From Gammaproteobacteria bacterium (GTDB lineage Bacteria > Pseudomonadota > Gammaproteobacteria > Burkholderiales > Gallionellaceae), in NCBI GenBank assembly GCA_018813765.1, contig JAHJBC010000010.1:67096-131095 (forward strand): a stretch of DNA of 64,000 nucleotides, written 5' to 3'. Shown here piece by piece: positions 20,236-30,366 of the stretch. Position 1 is the first letter of the stretch. Each line of letters opens with the position of its first letter. The notes below the pieces were generated by a model, which saw nothing but the letters and a program-made list of their open reading frames with translations, made no database searches and was not told the DNA's origin. Position numbers and translations under genes: made by a program.

Positions 20236-22203
20236 TCATGCAGGCAGGGCGAACCCCTTTTCCCGAAATATCCGCAGACACGCGGACGCAACTACCTCAT
20301 CGTAGAAAGTCCCCATGCCGCGTTCGATCTCTACCAGCGCCTTTGCGATGCCATGACCCGGGCGATAGGGTCGGTGCGATGCCATGGCCTCGACCACGTC
20401 GGCCACCGCCATGATGCGCGACTCGAGCATGATCGACTCGCCCCTCAATCCGTGCGGATAACCGCTGCCGTCCATGCGCTCATGATGTTGTAGCGCAACC
20501 AGCGCCACCGGCCAGGGGAATCCCACATCTTTCAGTGCCTCGTAACCGAATTGGGTATGTTCCTTGATCAAGGTGTACTCCGCCGCGGTGATCCGTCCGG
20601 GCTTGACGAGGATCTCGGTCGGGATGCTGATCTTGCCGATATCGTGCAACTGTCCGGACACCCGCAATCCCTCGATGCGGAACTCGTCCAGCCCCATCTC
20701 GCTGCCTATCGCGGCCGCGATCAGGGCAGTACGACGCTCATGGCCGGCGGTGTAGGGATCGCGCATCTCGCTCAGCGTGGTCGCCACGTTCACGGTGCGC
20801 ATGAAGGCATCCTGCAACTGGGCGACATAACGCTGGATCTGCTCCTCGGCGACCTTGCGCTCGGTGATGTCCTTGATCACACCGTCGTAGGACAGCAGTT
20901 TGCCGGAGGTGTCCTTGAACATGATGGTGGTATCGCTTACCCAGCGCATCTGCCCGTCCTTGCGGATGATGCGGTATTCAACCGGCGGGATATCTTCGCC
21001 TGCCAATACCTGCCGGATATGATTCCTGATCTTGTCGCGATCTTCCGGCGCGACGATCTGTATCCAGAGATAGGGATCGTTGGAGAACTCCTCGGGAGTG
21101 TATCCCGTCACCGTCACACATCCCGGACTGTGCAGGGATTCTCTGGCGCTGCCGTTCTCGACATTCACTGTGTACTGGTAATCGGTCAGCCCATCGGTGA
21201 TGCGTTTGTAACGAGCTTCGCTTTCCAATAGTTGCTGCTTGACCTGTTGCCGCTCCGTCATATCTCTTATGTTGAACTGCACCACCCTGTCGCCATCCAC
21301 CGAATAGGTATTGACGATGAATTCCACATGGAATCGCCGCCCGTCCATGGCAGTCAGCAACAAGTTCTCGAAACGACGGTAGTTCTCCTGCTGGAGCTCG
21401 AAGAAGCCGCCCCTGCCGGGAAGTATCTCCTGGAAGAATGGCAGCTCCCATACTTTCATCGCGATGAAATCCGCATGGCTGAGACTCATCATCTTGATCA
21501 GGAACGGATTGACATCCACAACATCGCCGCTCTCGGCGTTCAGGACCAGTATCCCGTCCTTGGTCGACTCGAACAGGCGACGATAACGCAACTCGGACGC
21601 GATGAGCTTGTTCGTGGTGAGCTTGCGCTCGGCCTCATGGGCGAAATTGTCCAGAGCAAAACAGATATCGATCGCCATCTCGCCCAACAACTTGCGCACG
21701 TCGTCACTAAAGGCATCGACGTCCGCCGAATACAGGGCGAGTGCGCCGATGACGACATCTTCGCGACTCAACGGCAATGCCGCAGCCGCACCCCACTCGT
21801 CATCTTCAATGCCGGCATGGCGCTTCGCCGCAAACTCCGCTCTGTGACAATCCTGTATCCACACCGGCCTGCTTTCGCGTATGGCAGTTCCGACCATGCC
21901 GCACCCCGCAGGGTCATCGTCCAGAGTGACGTCAATTCCATCGAGGCATGTCTGACCGGTGCCATAGGATGCGACCGGCCTTACATGTCGACCGTCCACA
22001 TCCACCATCCCGACCCAGGCCATGGTCATCGCGCCAAAATCCACCACGTCGCGGCAGATCGCCTGGAACAGATCATCCTCGCTGGTGCAGCGCACGATGG
22101 CTTCATTGCACTTGCTTAACGCAGTGTAGAACTGCGGCGGGTGCCGCACCCGTTTCACCGATCTGGATTTCCTGGTACCGATGGTATTCCTTGCCATGTC
22201 CAT
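20236..22203 (-). CDS. GAF-PAS-PAS HD-GYP domain protein (putative c-di-GMP phosphodiesterase)
   Basis: Start chosen at ATG 22203, preceded by GAGGTG. The ORF track extends to 22368. Motifs HDIGKISIP and HHERMDGSGYP. Confidence 0.88.
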   Translation of the reverse strand: MDMARNTIGTRKSRSVKRVRHPPQFYTALSKCNEAIVRCTSEDDLFQAICRDVVDFGAMTMAWVGMVDVDGRHVRPVASYGTGQTCLDGIDVTLDDDPAGCGMVGTAIRESRPVWIQDCHRAEFAAKRHAGIEDDEWGAAAALPLSREDVVIGALALYSADVDAFSDDVRKLLGEMAIDICFALDNFAHEAERKLTTNKLIASELRYRRLFESTKDGILVLNAESGDVVDVNPFLIKMMSLSHADFIAMKVWELPFFQEILPGRGGFFELQQENYRRFENLLLTAMDGRRFHVEFIVNTYSVDGDRVVQFNIRDMTERQQVKQQLLESEARYKRITDGLTDYQYTVNVENGSARESLHSPGCVTVTGYTPEEFSNDPYLWIQIVAPEDRDKIRNHIRQVLAGEDIPPVEYRIIRKDGQMRWVSDTTIMFKDTSGKLLSYDGVIKDITERKVAEEQIQRYVAQLQDAFMRTVNVATTLSEMRDPYTAGHERRTALIAAAIGSEMGLDEFRIEGLRVSGQLHDIGKISIPTEILVKPGRITAAEYTLIKEHTQFGYEALKDVGFPWPVALVALQHHERMDGSGYPHGLRGESIMLESRIMAVADVVEAMASHRPYRPGHGIAKALVEIERGMGTFYDEVVASACLRIFREKGFALPA

Positions 22204-22357
22204 GATATTCACCTCGGGAAGCAGCTTTCCGAAAGCGCCATGATCGAATGCTGCATCCAGCTGATTTATCCAATGCGGGCTGCAGATGCATGGAAGCAGT
22301 GCGTTTGCGATGCTCGCAATTCCTTTTGCCTGGGCGCGTGTCTGGCTCCCAGTCGCA

Positions 22358-22777
22358 TCAGCGACCAATCTCTCCCAGAGGGTGCACGAACATCTTCAGG
22401 AATCTGCTTCCGTCATACCCCACATGGGCGAAGTTCAGGTTGATAGCCAGGGAATCGCCCTTCCTGTTCTGCACCTGGAAATGATGGCCACAGCGGCAGA
22501 GATAATTGAGCAGGGGATTGAAATGCCCGCCCTGAACCAGTTCCACACCGTAGAGTTGCGGCAACAGCATCGAGATATGGCATTGCACCAGGTCATCACG
22601 CAGAAATCCGAGCAGCTTCTCGAACGACCGGCTGCAATCGTGGATCACGCCGCCCTCATCCAGCGAAAGCGTCGGCAGATCAATTGGAAGATGCAGACTG
22701 CCGCCCGCGCAATGCACTGTAACGAGATCTGAATCGGTGGCTTCTACAATTGCACCAACTCCGCTATGAATATCCAT
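22358..22777 (-). CDS. stand-alone PAS-like domain protein
   Basis: ATG at 22777 preceded by GAGGAGGG. 139 aa. PAS-like core (LSLDEGGVIHDCSRSFEKLLGFLRDDLVQCHISMLLP). Confidence 0.6.
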   Translation of the reverse strand: MDIHSGVGAIVEATDSDLVTVHCAGGSLHLPIDLPTLSLDEGGVIHDCSRSFEKLLGFLRDDLVQCHISMLLPQLYGVELVQGGHFNPLLNYLCRCGHHFQVQNRKGDSLAINLNFAHVGYDGSRFLKMFVHPLGEIGR

Positions 22778-23079
22778 TTCGCCCTCCTCAGACCATGTAC
22801 GCGCAACACCCCACCCCGGGACGCAGAAGTTACTGTTGCGGCACACATCAATAAATACGAGCAAACACATACGGGAAAATACGCGTATCGCCGCAATGCC
22901 CCATGCCATCGGGCTTGCACGAATGTCGACAGTTTGTCGGGAGAAATGCGTACGGGTTTTTGCGGATGTTCACTCCGATACGCCGGAGTAGTGTGCACAC
23001 ATGAGCCGCAACAGCATCGGGGCCGCCGTCTGCACCCCATGCTGATTCCCGCAGCTCGACAATGGATCAGGAGTTCATC

Positions 23080-24357
23080 ATGTCCGCTCACATCAAGGTT
23101 TTCAAAAAACGCCACTGGAATGTCGCGATGATTACCGCTTCCTTCTGCGGGGCCGCGGTGTACATGTTTTATTTCCCTCTGCACGACTGGCTGAACATCG
23201 CGGTCGGGCCCGACAACCGGGTCGTGGATTCGGTCGGGACGTTCATCGTCGTACTGGTCAGCTTTCTGGTCAGCAATCTGGTGTCGCTCACGATGTTCCG
23301 CGACGTATTGCTCGGGATGACCGCCATCCAGGAGCAACTGGATAAAAAGCTCTCCGGCGACGAAGACATCATCAACAGTACCGCCAACGATCTGGGCAAT
23401 CTGCACAAACTCACCCAATTGCTCAACGACCAGCTCAACTCCATCACCGAAGAAACGGAGCGCTCGGCTTACGGCATCATGGAACGGCTACAGGGCATCG
23501 ACGGCGTCGTCAACGAACTGCTTGCCACAGTCACCGACAGCGCCAAGGAGTCCGATGTCCTGGTGGAGTCGGAAGAAAAGAGTACGGGTTCAAACGTGGA
23601 ACTGATCGAGAACCTCAACCGCTACATACAGGAACGCTTCGTCGAGTTCGATTCCGACCGCGCAAGCATGTCGGTCGTGGTGCAGCAGGCGCAATCGCTT
23701 TCCGCTCTTGTGGATCTGGTGAAAAACATCTCGTCGCAGACCAACCTGCTGGCGCTCAATGCGGCCATCGAAGCTGCCCGCGCCGGCGAACTCGGCCGCG
23801 GTTTCGCCGTAGTCGCCGATCAGGTACGCAAACTCTCCGGCGAGACCAATCAGGCGGTATCGATGATCCAGCAAGGTATCGGCACCGTAACCAAGACCAT
23901 AGAAGACCAGTTCCGCGTCAAACTCGAACAATCCAACATCGAAAAACAGAGAGTGGTGCTGGAGAATTTTTCGCGGCACCTGGACAGCATGGGCACCAAC
24001 TATCACAAGCTGATGCAGCGCGATGAAGAGATGCTGGGTCGCCTGGGCGGAACCAGCCAGAAGCTGTCCGCCATGTTCATGGACGTGCTGGGCAACATCC
24101 AGTTCCAGGACATTACCCGGCAACAGATCGAGCAGGTGCAAAAGGCCATCACCCGCATCGACTCGCACATCGCCGAACTGGTGAGCATGATGCACAGCAA
24201 GGATTTCAAGAACACGTCCACGATCAAGGAACACCTCGATCAAATCTATGATGGCTATGTGATGGAAAAGCAGCGCAGCGTGCACATCGCCGCCATGGGA
24301 GGGGCATTGCAGGCAAACTGCGCGGGGCTCGGCGCGGCGAAGATCGAACTATTTTGA
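23080..24357 (+). CDS. methyl-accepting chemotaxis protein (two TM helices, minimal periplasmic loop)
   Basis: ATG at 23080 has CAGGAG 6 nt upstream. An alternative in-frame ATG lies at 23062. Signalling hairpin [32 protein letters not shown]. Confidence 0.9.
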   Translation: MSAHIKVFKKRHWNVAMITASFCGAAVYMFYFPLHDWLNIAVGPDNRVVDSVGTFIVVLVSFLVSNLVSLTMFRDVLLGMTAIQEQLDKKLSGDEDIINSTANDLGNLHKLTQLLNDQLNSITEETERSAYGIMERLQGIDGVVNELLATVTDSAKESDVLVESEEKSTGSNVELIENLNRYIQERFVEFDSDRASMSVVVQQAQSLSALVDLVKNISSQTNLLALNAAIEAARAGELGRGFAVVADQVRKLSGETNQAVSMIQQGIGTVTKTIEDQFRVKLEQSNIEKQRVVLENFSRHLDSMGTNYHKLMQRDEEMLGRLGGTSQKLSAMFMDVLGNIQFQDITRQQIEQVQKAITRIDSHIAELVSMMHSKDFKNTSTIKEHLDQIYDGYVMEKQRSVHIAAMGGALQANCAGLGAAKIELF

Positions 24358-24388
24358 CCTTGGCCTGCCGGATAACGCCATGAGCGCG

Positions 24389-25027
24389 CTAATGTGACTC
24401 GCGATGCGATTCGTGTTGAGACTCGTGATACGCAACGATGTGAGCGAGTTCCACCATATTGGAGGTGCCGGTCTTGAGGATAAGGCGAGTACGATGAGTT
24501 TCCACCGTCCGGTAGCTGATGTTCAGACGCATCGCGATCTCCTTGCTGGTCAATCCGGCGATCGCCAGCATCATCACCTCGCGTTCGCGCTCGGTCAGAT
24601 TGGCCAGTCTCGCGTCGTTGAACAAGGCATCCTGACCACGATCATGAGTGTCGGCGCACCGCTCCAGCGCCTCTTTCACGCGCGCCAGCAACAGCGCGCC
24701 GTCCACCGGCTTGGTCAGGAAGTCCATCGCCCCTGCTCGCATGGTATGTGCAGTCAAAGCTATCGTGCCCTGCCCGGAGAGGAAGATGATCTGGATATTC
24801 TTCAGATGCCGATTTTGCATCTCCGCCTGCAGCATCGGCCCGTCCATATCGGGCATGCTCACATCAAGGATCAGGCAGCCGCTGGTATCGGGGGTGCAGT
24901 GGGCAAGGAAATCGCCCGCGCCGGAATAAGCATCGACGATATATCCGGCTGACTGCAACATCACGGTGATGGCTTCCCGCACGTCGGCATCATCATCAAC
25001 GACAAATACATTGGCTAGTGTGCTCAT
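24389..25027 (-). CDS. FixJ/LuxR-family response regulator
   Basis: Start at 25027 gives 212 aa. Receiver domain (VFVVDDD, LDVSMPDMDG) plus LuxR HTH (LTEREREVMMLAIAGLTSKEIAMRLNISYRTVETHR). His/Glu-rich tail. Confidence 0.9.
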   Translation of the reverse strand: MSTLANVFVVDDDADVREAITVMLQSAGYIVDAYSGAGDFLAHCTPDTSGCLILDVSMPDMDGPMLQAEMQNRHLKNIQIIFLSGQGTIALTAHTMRAGAMDFLTKPVDGALLLARVKEALERCADTHDRGQDALFNDARLANLTEREREVMMLAIAGLTSKEIAMRLNISYRTVETHRTRLILKTGTSNMVELAHIVAYHESQHESHRESH

Positions 25028-26364
25028 GATATGAATGGCAAAGTGAAATGAAAGACAGCCCCCTTCAGCTCCTGCGGATAAAGGCAAAGCTGACCGGCAT
25101 CCTGCGGTGCGACCCATAGGCGGCCACCATTCTCCTCGATCAGCGAACGGCTTACGGCCAATCCCATGCCCGTACCCTTAGTCTTGGTGGTGAAGAACGG
25201 CTCGAACAGGCGCGGCAAATCAATCTCCCTGACTCCCGGCCCGTTATCCTGCACAGTAATCTGGGCCGCATTCTCGTCGGGTCTGGCGCAAACATTTACC
25301 GCGATGACGGGTTGCCCAACCGCTGCTTCGGCCATCGCCTCGACGGCGTTGTGCAACAGGTTTAGTAGCACCTTGCGCAAATGGATGCAATTGGCCCGAA
25401 CCATGCGCAAGCCGTCTTCTACCTGCATCACATGCTCGAATGCCAAGCCATCCTTTACCTTTGCATCATGCAATATCCGTTCTATCTCCTGTCTCAGGTC
25501 GAATGACTTGGCCGGAGACACCTCGACCCTGAACAGATCAAGCAATTCGCGCATCGAACTCCTGGCTCGTGAGGACTCACGCTGGCAACCGTTGATCGCC
25601 TTGCCGATCAGCTTCATGTCCGGATTCCCGTTCTTCAACAGCAAATCGGCCGCATCAGCATAGGAAGAGATCGCCAGCAGCGGTTGATTCAATTCGTGCG
25701 CGATGGAAGCCGCTGTCTGTGCAAAGACATGCATGGCGTGCAACTCGGCCGGCTTGCTCCGCCACTCCGATATCTCTTCCTCCAGTTGCATTTGCCTAGT
25801 GATGTCCGTAACGAAGATACGTGTAGATGACCTCCCATCAACCGACTCCTGCCTGTAATCCAGTCTTGCATGCAGGAACTCCCCGTTATCGCGGCGGAGT
25901 TTCAACTCGCAGCCATGCGTCTCGCCGGATCGCCTTGCCACCCTCAACTGCCGACGCCACCGGTTCCGGTCCGAGGCTTCAATCCAATGGATGAAATGGC
26001 GATCGATCAGCTTGCGGTTTTCCACCGCCAGAAGCAATGCACATGCCTTGTTCATCTCCATTACTCGCCCATCTTGATCGAGCGCAAGATAGCCGATGGG
26101 AGCGAAATCGTATGCTTCGAGATATCCGGTGCGGGATTCGGTCGCAAACTCCTTCTCCGGTATTGATGCCGCACCCCGCATCTCCAGCCCGAGTTGATGC
26201 GATCCGGGCTCGACTGGATTATTCACTGCGGTATGGGAATATGCTGCGGCGGATGTGAATGTGGAGGAAAACTGCTTCAGGACACGATTTATTTCCAGGC
26301 TCGACAACGCCGGATCGCCGAAATTTCTGCTGTATTTCAGCGGATGAGTATCTTGCGTTTCCAT
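25024..26364 (-). CDS. PAS-domain sensor histidine kinase (FixL-like, soluble)
   Basis: 446 aa. H-box IAHELNQPL, HATPase motifs DNGPGV and GTGMGLAVS. Overlaps the regulator gene by 4 nt. Confidence 0.9.
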   Translation of the reverse strand: METQDTHPLKYSRNFGDPALSSLEINRVLKQFSSTFTSAAAYSHTAVNNPVEPGSHQLGLEMRGAASIPEKEFATESRTGYLEAYDFAPIGYLALDQDGRVMEMNKACALLLAVENRKLIDRHFIHWIEASDRNRWRRQLRVARRSGETHGCELKLRRDNGEFLHARLDYRQESVDGRSSTRIFVTDITRQMQLEEEISEWRSKPAELHAMHVFAQTAASIAHELNQPLLAISSYADAADLLLKNGNPDMKLIGKAINGCQRESSRARSSMRELLDLFRVEVSPAKSFDLRQEIERILHDAKVKDGLAFEHVMQVEDGLRMVRANCIHLRKVLLNLLHNAVEAMAEAAVGQPVIAVNVCARPDENAAQITVQDNGPGVREIDLPRLFEPFFTTKTKGTGMGLAVSRSLIEENGGRLWVAPQDAGQLCLYPQELKGAVFHFTLPFIS

Positions 26365-26716
26365 GGTCGCACCTCGGCAAGTATGTTGATGCTAAATTAT
26401 GACGCTACCGAACTTGCCACCGCTTCAGACAATCCCTGAACCCGCTTTGGGAAACCTGTCATTCGCTACTGCGGCCATGGCCATGTTCGAAGCTTCATAA
26501 GTTCTGGTCGCGGTTGTTCTTATTTTGCGATGCCAGAGCAAACCAACTACTCGCCTCCTGCGGGTAAAAATATACATCATTCATATAATGTTTATACATA
26601 GAAATGATTCCTACTTGCGCTTGCGTACGTGTTTCTACCTATCCTCCAATCTCTGGCTCAATCAACTTTGTCCTCGACTTTGAATACATACAGCTGTCGG
26701 GTAAAATCCGCCCCCG

Positions 26717-27016
26717 ATGCGCTCCTTCTTCCTTAAATTTCTACTTGTACTTGCCCTGCTGTTCGCGCAGCAAGGCTCGGTATTGCACGGCATCGCGCAT
26801 ACCCTGGCGGAGCAGTCGCAGGATCAATCGCTACCGCACGACCAGCAGTGCGAGTTGTGTGCAGCCTACGCACAGGTCGGCAGCGCTGTAGGCAGCAGCA
26901 GCATACAGTTCGATCTCACTGCTTCGTTTGCCGAGACGCACAGCAACCTTGCTGTCGCGCTCCAATCGTCCACCTTCGCCGCATTCGCGGCGCGCGCCCC
27001 GCCTTACTCCGCTTGA
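26717..27016 (+). CDS. small secreted Cys/His-containing protein, DUF2946-like (putative metal-related)
   Basis: 99 aa with a signal-like N-terminus. Motifs HGIAHTL and CELC. Lies first in the metal-uptake locus. No clear SD. Confidence 0.5.
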   Translation: MRSFFLKFLLVLALLFAQQGSVLHGIAHTLAEQSQDQSLPHDQQCELCAAYAQVGSAVGSSSIQFDLTASFAETHSNLAVALQSSTFAAFAARAPPYSA

Positions 27017-27110
27017 GATATGGGTCGGACTTTTGTCCGACTACAGGATGCCGGACTGAATCCGGCAAGTGTCGGGTTAAAACCCGACCCACCTTCTTTC
27101 GGAGAAATAC

Positions 27111-28319
27111 ATGTTCAAACGTATCTGTTCCAGTACGGCCATGGCCGTATTGTTGAGTCATTCCATCCAGGCTGCCGCTGCCGACAACAGCAATGCGGAC
27201 AACGCCTTCAACCCCGCCTTCTCGCTCATCCTGTCCGGCGGGTATGGCAACCTGCAGCAGGACCCCGCCATCCCCGCCACCGGCTTCGCCATGAATCCCG
27301 CACCGGAGCATGAGCAGGGTTTCAATCTCGGCGAATCGGAGATGGGCATCTCCGCCAACATCGACCCGCAGTTCCGCGGCGCGGCCACACTGGCACTCGA
27401 CCCGGCCGGCGGCGTCAGCGTGGAGAACGCCTTCGTGCAGACCACCTCACTAGGCGACGGACTCAACCTCAAGTTCGGCCGCTTCTTCTCCGGCCTCGGC
27501 TATCTCAACGAACATCATGCGCACGCTTGGGACTTCACCGACCAGCCGCTGGTGTATGCCGTGCTGTGGGAGAACCAGTTGGCCGATGACGGTCTGCAAC
27601 TGAAATGGCTGGCGCCGACCGAGATGTTCTTCGAGATCGGCGGCGAGGTCGGCAAAGGGCGCGGCTTCCCCGGCACCGAGCGGGCCAAGAACGGCAGCGG
27701 CGCGGGCGTGCTGTTCGTGCATGTCGGCGACGACATCGGCATCGAACATAGCTGGCGCGCGGGAGCCTCGCTGCACCGCACGCGCCGCGTGGATGCTGAG
27801 AGCGTCGACGTTCCAGACATGGGCGGCAATGCGGTGATCAACCTGTTCACCGGCGACAGCCAGACCGTCGGCCTGGACTTGGTGTGGAAATACGCACCCG
27901 ACGGCAACGTGCGCAACAGCTATGTGAAACTGCAGGCCGAGTATTTTCGCCGCAAGGAAGACGGCGAGCTGAGCTACGACACCGAGGGTGCGAACGTCAC
28001 CGACAGTTACACCATCACCCAGAGCGGCTTCTATGTGCAAGGCGTGTACCAGTTCATGCCGCGCTGGCGCAGCGGGTTGCGTTACGACAGACTCGACCCC
28101 GGTGTCGCACAGGTAGGCGCACTGAATGCGGGCAATGTGATCGCCGACTACGCCTACAACCCGTCACGCACAACTTTGATGGTGGATTACAGCGCCAGCG
28201 AATTCTCGCGCCTGCGCCTGCAACTCGCGCACGACAACTCGCGCCAAGGACTGGCTGATAATCAGTTCTTCGTGCAGTACATCATGAGCCTGGGCGCGCA
28301 TGGGGCGCATCAATATTGA
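27111..28319 (+). CDS. outer-membrane beta-barrel protein of a metal-uptake locus
   Basis: 402 aa with a signal peptide (AVLLSHSIQAAAA). Alternating amphipathic strands and an aromatic C-terminus (HQY). His cluster NEHHAHAWDF. Confidence 0.75.
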   Translation: MFKRICSSTAMAVLLSHSIQAAAADNSNADNAFNPAFSLILSGGYGNLQQDPAIPATGFAMNPAPEHEQGFNLGESEMGISANIDPQFRGAATLALDPAGGVSVENAFVQTTSLGDGLNLKFGRFFSGLGYLNEHHAHAWDFTDQPLVYAVLWENQLADDGLQLKWLAPTEMFFEIGGEVGKGRGFPGTERAKNGSGAGVLFVHVGDDIGIEHSWRAGASLHRTRRVDAESVDVPDMGGNAVINLFTGDSQTVGLDLVWKYAPDGNVRNSYVKLQAEYFRRKEDGELSYDTEGANVTDSYTITQSGFYVQGVYQFMPRWRSGLRYDRLDPGVAQVGALNAGNVIADYAYNPSRTTLMVDYSASEFSRLRLQLAHDNSRQGLADNQFFVQYIMSLGAHGAHQY

Positions 28320-28385
28320 AAACGATTCACCGTCATTGATGAAACTACTAGCCATTCAACTAAGCCCGCAAGCGGGCAAGTCGCT

Positions 28386-28496
28386 GGTTATCCGGCGAAG
28401 GCCGGAATCCAGTGCATTTATCCAAAATGCAGTTGGCTTTGCCCTGCTTCGCAGGATTTCATATTTGGCTGGATTCCCGCCTTCGCGGGAATGACG
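28386..28496. repeat. MITE-like element, family 1 copy A (hairpin-forming ends tccggcgaaggccggaatccag / ctggattcccgccttcgcgggaatgacg)
   Basis: Related copies lie at 29415-29520 (inverted) and 47170-47285. The left boundary is approximate. Confidence 0.7.
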
Positions 28497-28515
28497 AAAC
28501 CGAAAGGGTCTCTCC

Positions 28516-29412
28516 ATGAAAAAAGTTCTTTGTGCATTCTTGCTTTTTGCTCTCGGTACCCCCGCCCACGCAGCCCTCAACATCTTCGCCTGTGAACCCG
28601 AGTGGGCGGCGCTCATACAGGAATTGGCAGGAGACAAAGCCAGCGTCTACACCGCCACCGGCGCGCTGCAGGACCCGCACCACATCGAGGCGCGTCCCAG
28701 CCTGATCGCAAAGGCGCGCCGTGCCGACCTGGTGGTGTGCACCGGCGCCGAGTTGGAGATGGCCTGGCTGCCGGTGGTACTGCGCGAGTCCGGCAACAGC
28801 CGAGTGCAACCCGGCAGCGTCGGCTATTTCGAAGCGGCTTCCGTGGTGCACATGCTGGAAGTGCCGACCCGGCTGGATCGCGGCGACGGCGACGTGCATG
28901 CCCAGGGCAATCCGCACATCCAGACCGACCCGCGCAATTTCCTGCCGGTCGCCGACGCGCTCGGCAATCGCCTGATCCAGCTCGACCCCGCCAACGCCGC
29001 CGACTACCGGCAACGCCTCGCCGCTTTCACCCAGCGATGGAGCGATGCGATCGCCGGCTGGGAAAAACAGGCCGCTCCGCTCAGGGGCGCACCGGTCGTG
29101 GTACAGCACCAGGGCTTTCCCTATCTGAGCGCCTGGCTGGGCTTGAAAGAAGTGACGACGCTGGAACCAAAACCCGGCATGGAGCCCAGTGCAGCGCACC
29201 TGTCGCAAGTGCTGAACACGCTGCAACAACATCCGGCAAAGATGGTGTTGCGGGCGGCGTATCAGGATGGCCGCCCATCGGAGTGGATATCGCAGCGCGC
29301 GCATATCGCCGCGGTGGAGCTGCCTTATACGGTGGGCGGCAGCGAGGGGGCGAAAGACCTGTTCGGGTTGTTCGATGACACGGTCTCGCGCCTGCTGGTC
29401 GGCTTGAAATAA
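28516..29412 (+). CDS. metal ABC transporter substrate-binding protein (ZnuA/TroA family)
   Basis: 298 aa with a signal peptide. Conserved His/Asp region (DPHHIEARPS, GDGDVHAQGNPHIQTDP). Confidence 0.85.
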   Translation: MKKVLCAFLLFALGTPAHAALNIFACEPEWAALIQELAGDKASVYTATGALQDPHHIEARPSLIAKARRADLVVCTGAELEMAWLPVVLRESGNSRVQPGSVGYFEAASVVHMLEVPTRLDRGDGDVHAQGNPHIQTDPRNFLPVADALGNRLIQLDPANAADYRQRLAAFTQRWSDAIAGWEKQAAPLRGAPVVVQHQGFPYLSAWLGLKEVTTLEPKPGMEPSAAHLSQVLNTLQQHPAKMVLRAAYQDGRPSEWISQRAHIAAVELPYTVGGSEGAKDLFGLFDDTVSRLLVGLK

Positions 29413-29414
29413 CG

Positions 29415-29520
29415 CCGTCATTAGCCGGTATCCAGTGAAAATGCTCTCCGCAAAGCGGAGACAAAGCCCTAATAGCATTTTGAATAGAAGCACTGGATTC
29501 CGGCCTGCGCCGGAATGACG
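29415..29520. repeat. MITE-like element, family 1 copy B (inverted orientation, left end partly deleted)
   Basis: Ends are cgtcattagccggtatccagtg and cactggattccggcctgcgccggaatgacg. The core aligns to copies A and C when reverse-complemented. Confidence 0.7.
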
Positions 29521-29538
29521 AACTACTAAAGGATTGCA

Positions 29539-30285
29539 ATGAACACGCTCGAACTCGACATCCTGCTCCCCGCCTTCCTCGCCGGACTGTTGGTGCTCAC
29601 CACGCACATCCCGTTCGGCATGCGCGTATTGCAGCGCGGGGTGATCTTTGCCGACCTTGCCGTAGCGCAGATCGCCGGGCTGGGGGTCGTCATCGCCGGA
29701 TCGCTGGGGCTCGCCGAACAACCGCTGCTAGTGCAACTCATCGCGGCTGGCAGCGCACTGGGCGGGGCGGCCTTGCTGGCATGGATAGAACGCAACGCGG
29801 CTGAAGTGAAAGAAGCGTATATCGGTCTCTCCTTCGTGCTCGCTGCCTGCATCGGCATCCTGCTGATGAGCCGCGACGTGCACGCGGGCGAGCATCTGAA
29901 GGACCTGCTGGTCGGGCAGATCCTGTGGGTGAACGACTCGCAGCTCATCGCCACTGCGCTGCTCACCGCCGCACTGCTCGTCGTCTGGAAACTTTTTCGC
30001 CAGCGTCTTGGCCACTTCGGTTTTTACGCCCTGTTCGCCCTCGCCATCACTGCCTCGGTGCAACTGGTCGGCATCTATCTGGTGTTCGCCAGCCTGATCG
30101 TGCCCGCGCTCGCCACCTATCGGCAGCAAAAGCGGCGCTACCTGTTCGCCTTCGCCGTCGGCATCACGGGCTACGCGCTCGGTCTGCTGACATCGGTCTG
30201 GTTCGATCTGCCCACCGGGGCCACTGTCGTATGCGCGATGGCATTGGGCGGAGCTGCGTTGCTGACCGTACAGACACGCGCCTGA
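29539..30285 (+). CDS. metal ABC transporter permease (ZnuB/ABC-3 family)
   Basis: 248 aa with about 8 TM helices. No cognate ATPase gene is adjacent. Confidence 0.82.
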   Translation: MNTLELDILLPAFLAGLLVLTTHIPFGMRVLQRGVIFADLAVAQIAGLGVVIAGSLGLAEQPLLVQLIAAGSALGGAALLAWIERNAAEVKEAYIGLSFVLAACIGILLMSRDVHAGEHLKDLLVGQILWVNDSQLIATALLTAALLVVWKLFRQRLGHFGFYALFALAITASVQLVGIYLVFASLIVPALATYRQQKRRYLFAFAVGITGYALGLLTSVWFDLPTGATVVCAMALGGAALLTVQTRA

Positions 30286-30366
30286 CTGCCCCGCATAGTC
30301 CATCCTGCCTGCATCCGCGTAACAGTAGCTGTGTTATATTCGCCGTCCGCGATAAAGGGATGGCGC

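Noticed and set aside
26588-26599. Annotating the ATGTtTAtACAT palindrome as a definite Zur/Fur box feature
   Set aside because: It is only a 12-nt imperfect palindrome in an AT-rich region, judged by eye. It is kept as a hypothesis within a finding, not as a feature.
28356-28637. Short ORFs translated from the MITE-like elements (e.g. ...SREGGNPAKYEILRSRAKP..., SFRRRPESSASIQNA...)
   Set aside because: These peptide strings derive from the palindromic repeat ends and recur wherever the repeat occurs. There is no start context or coding signal.
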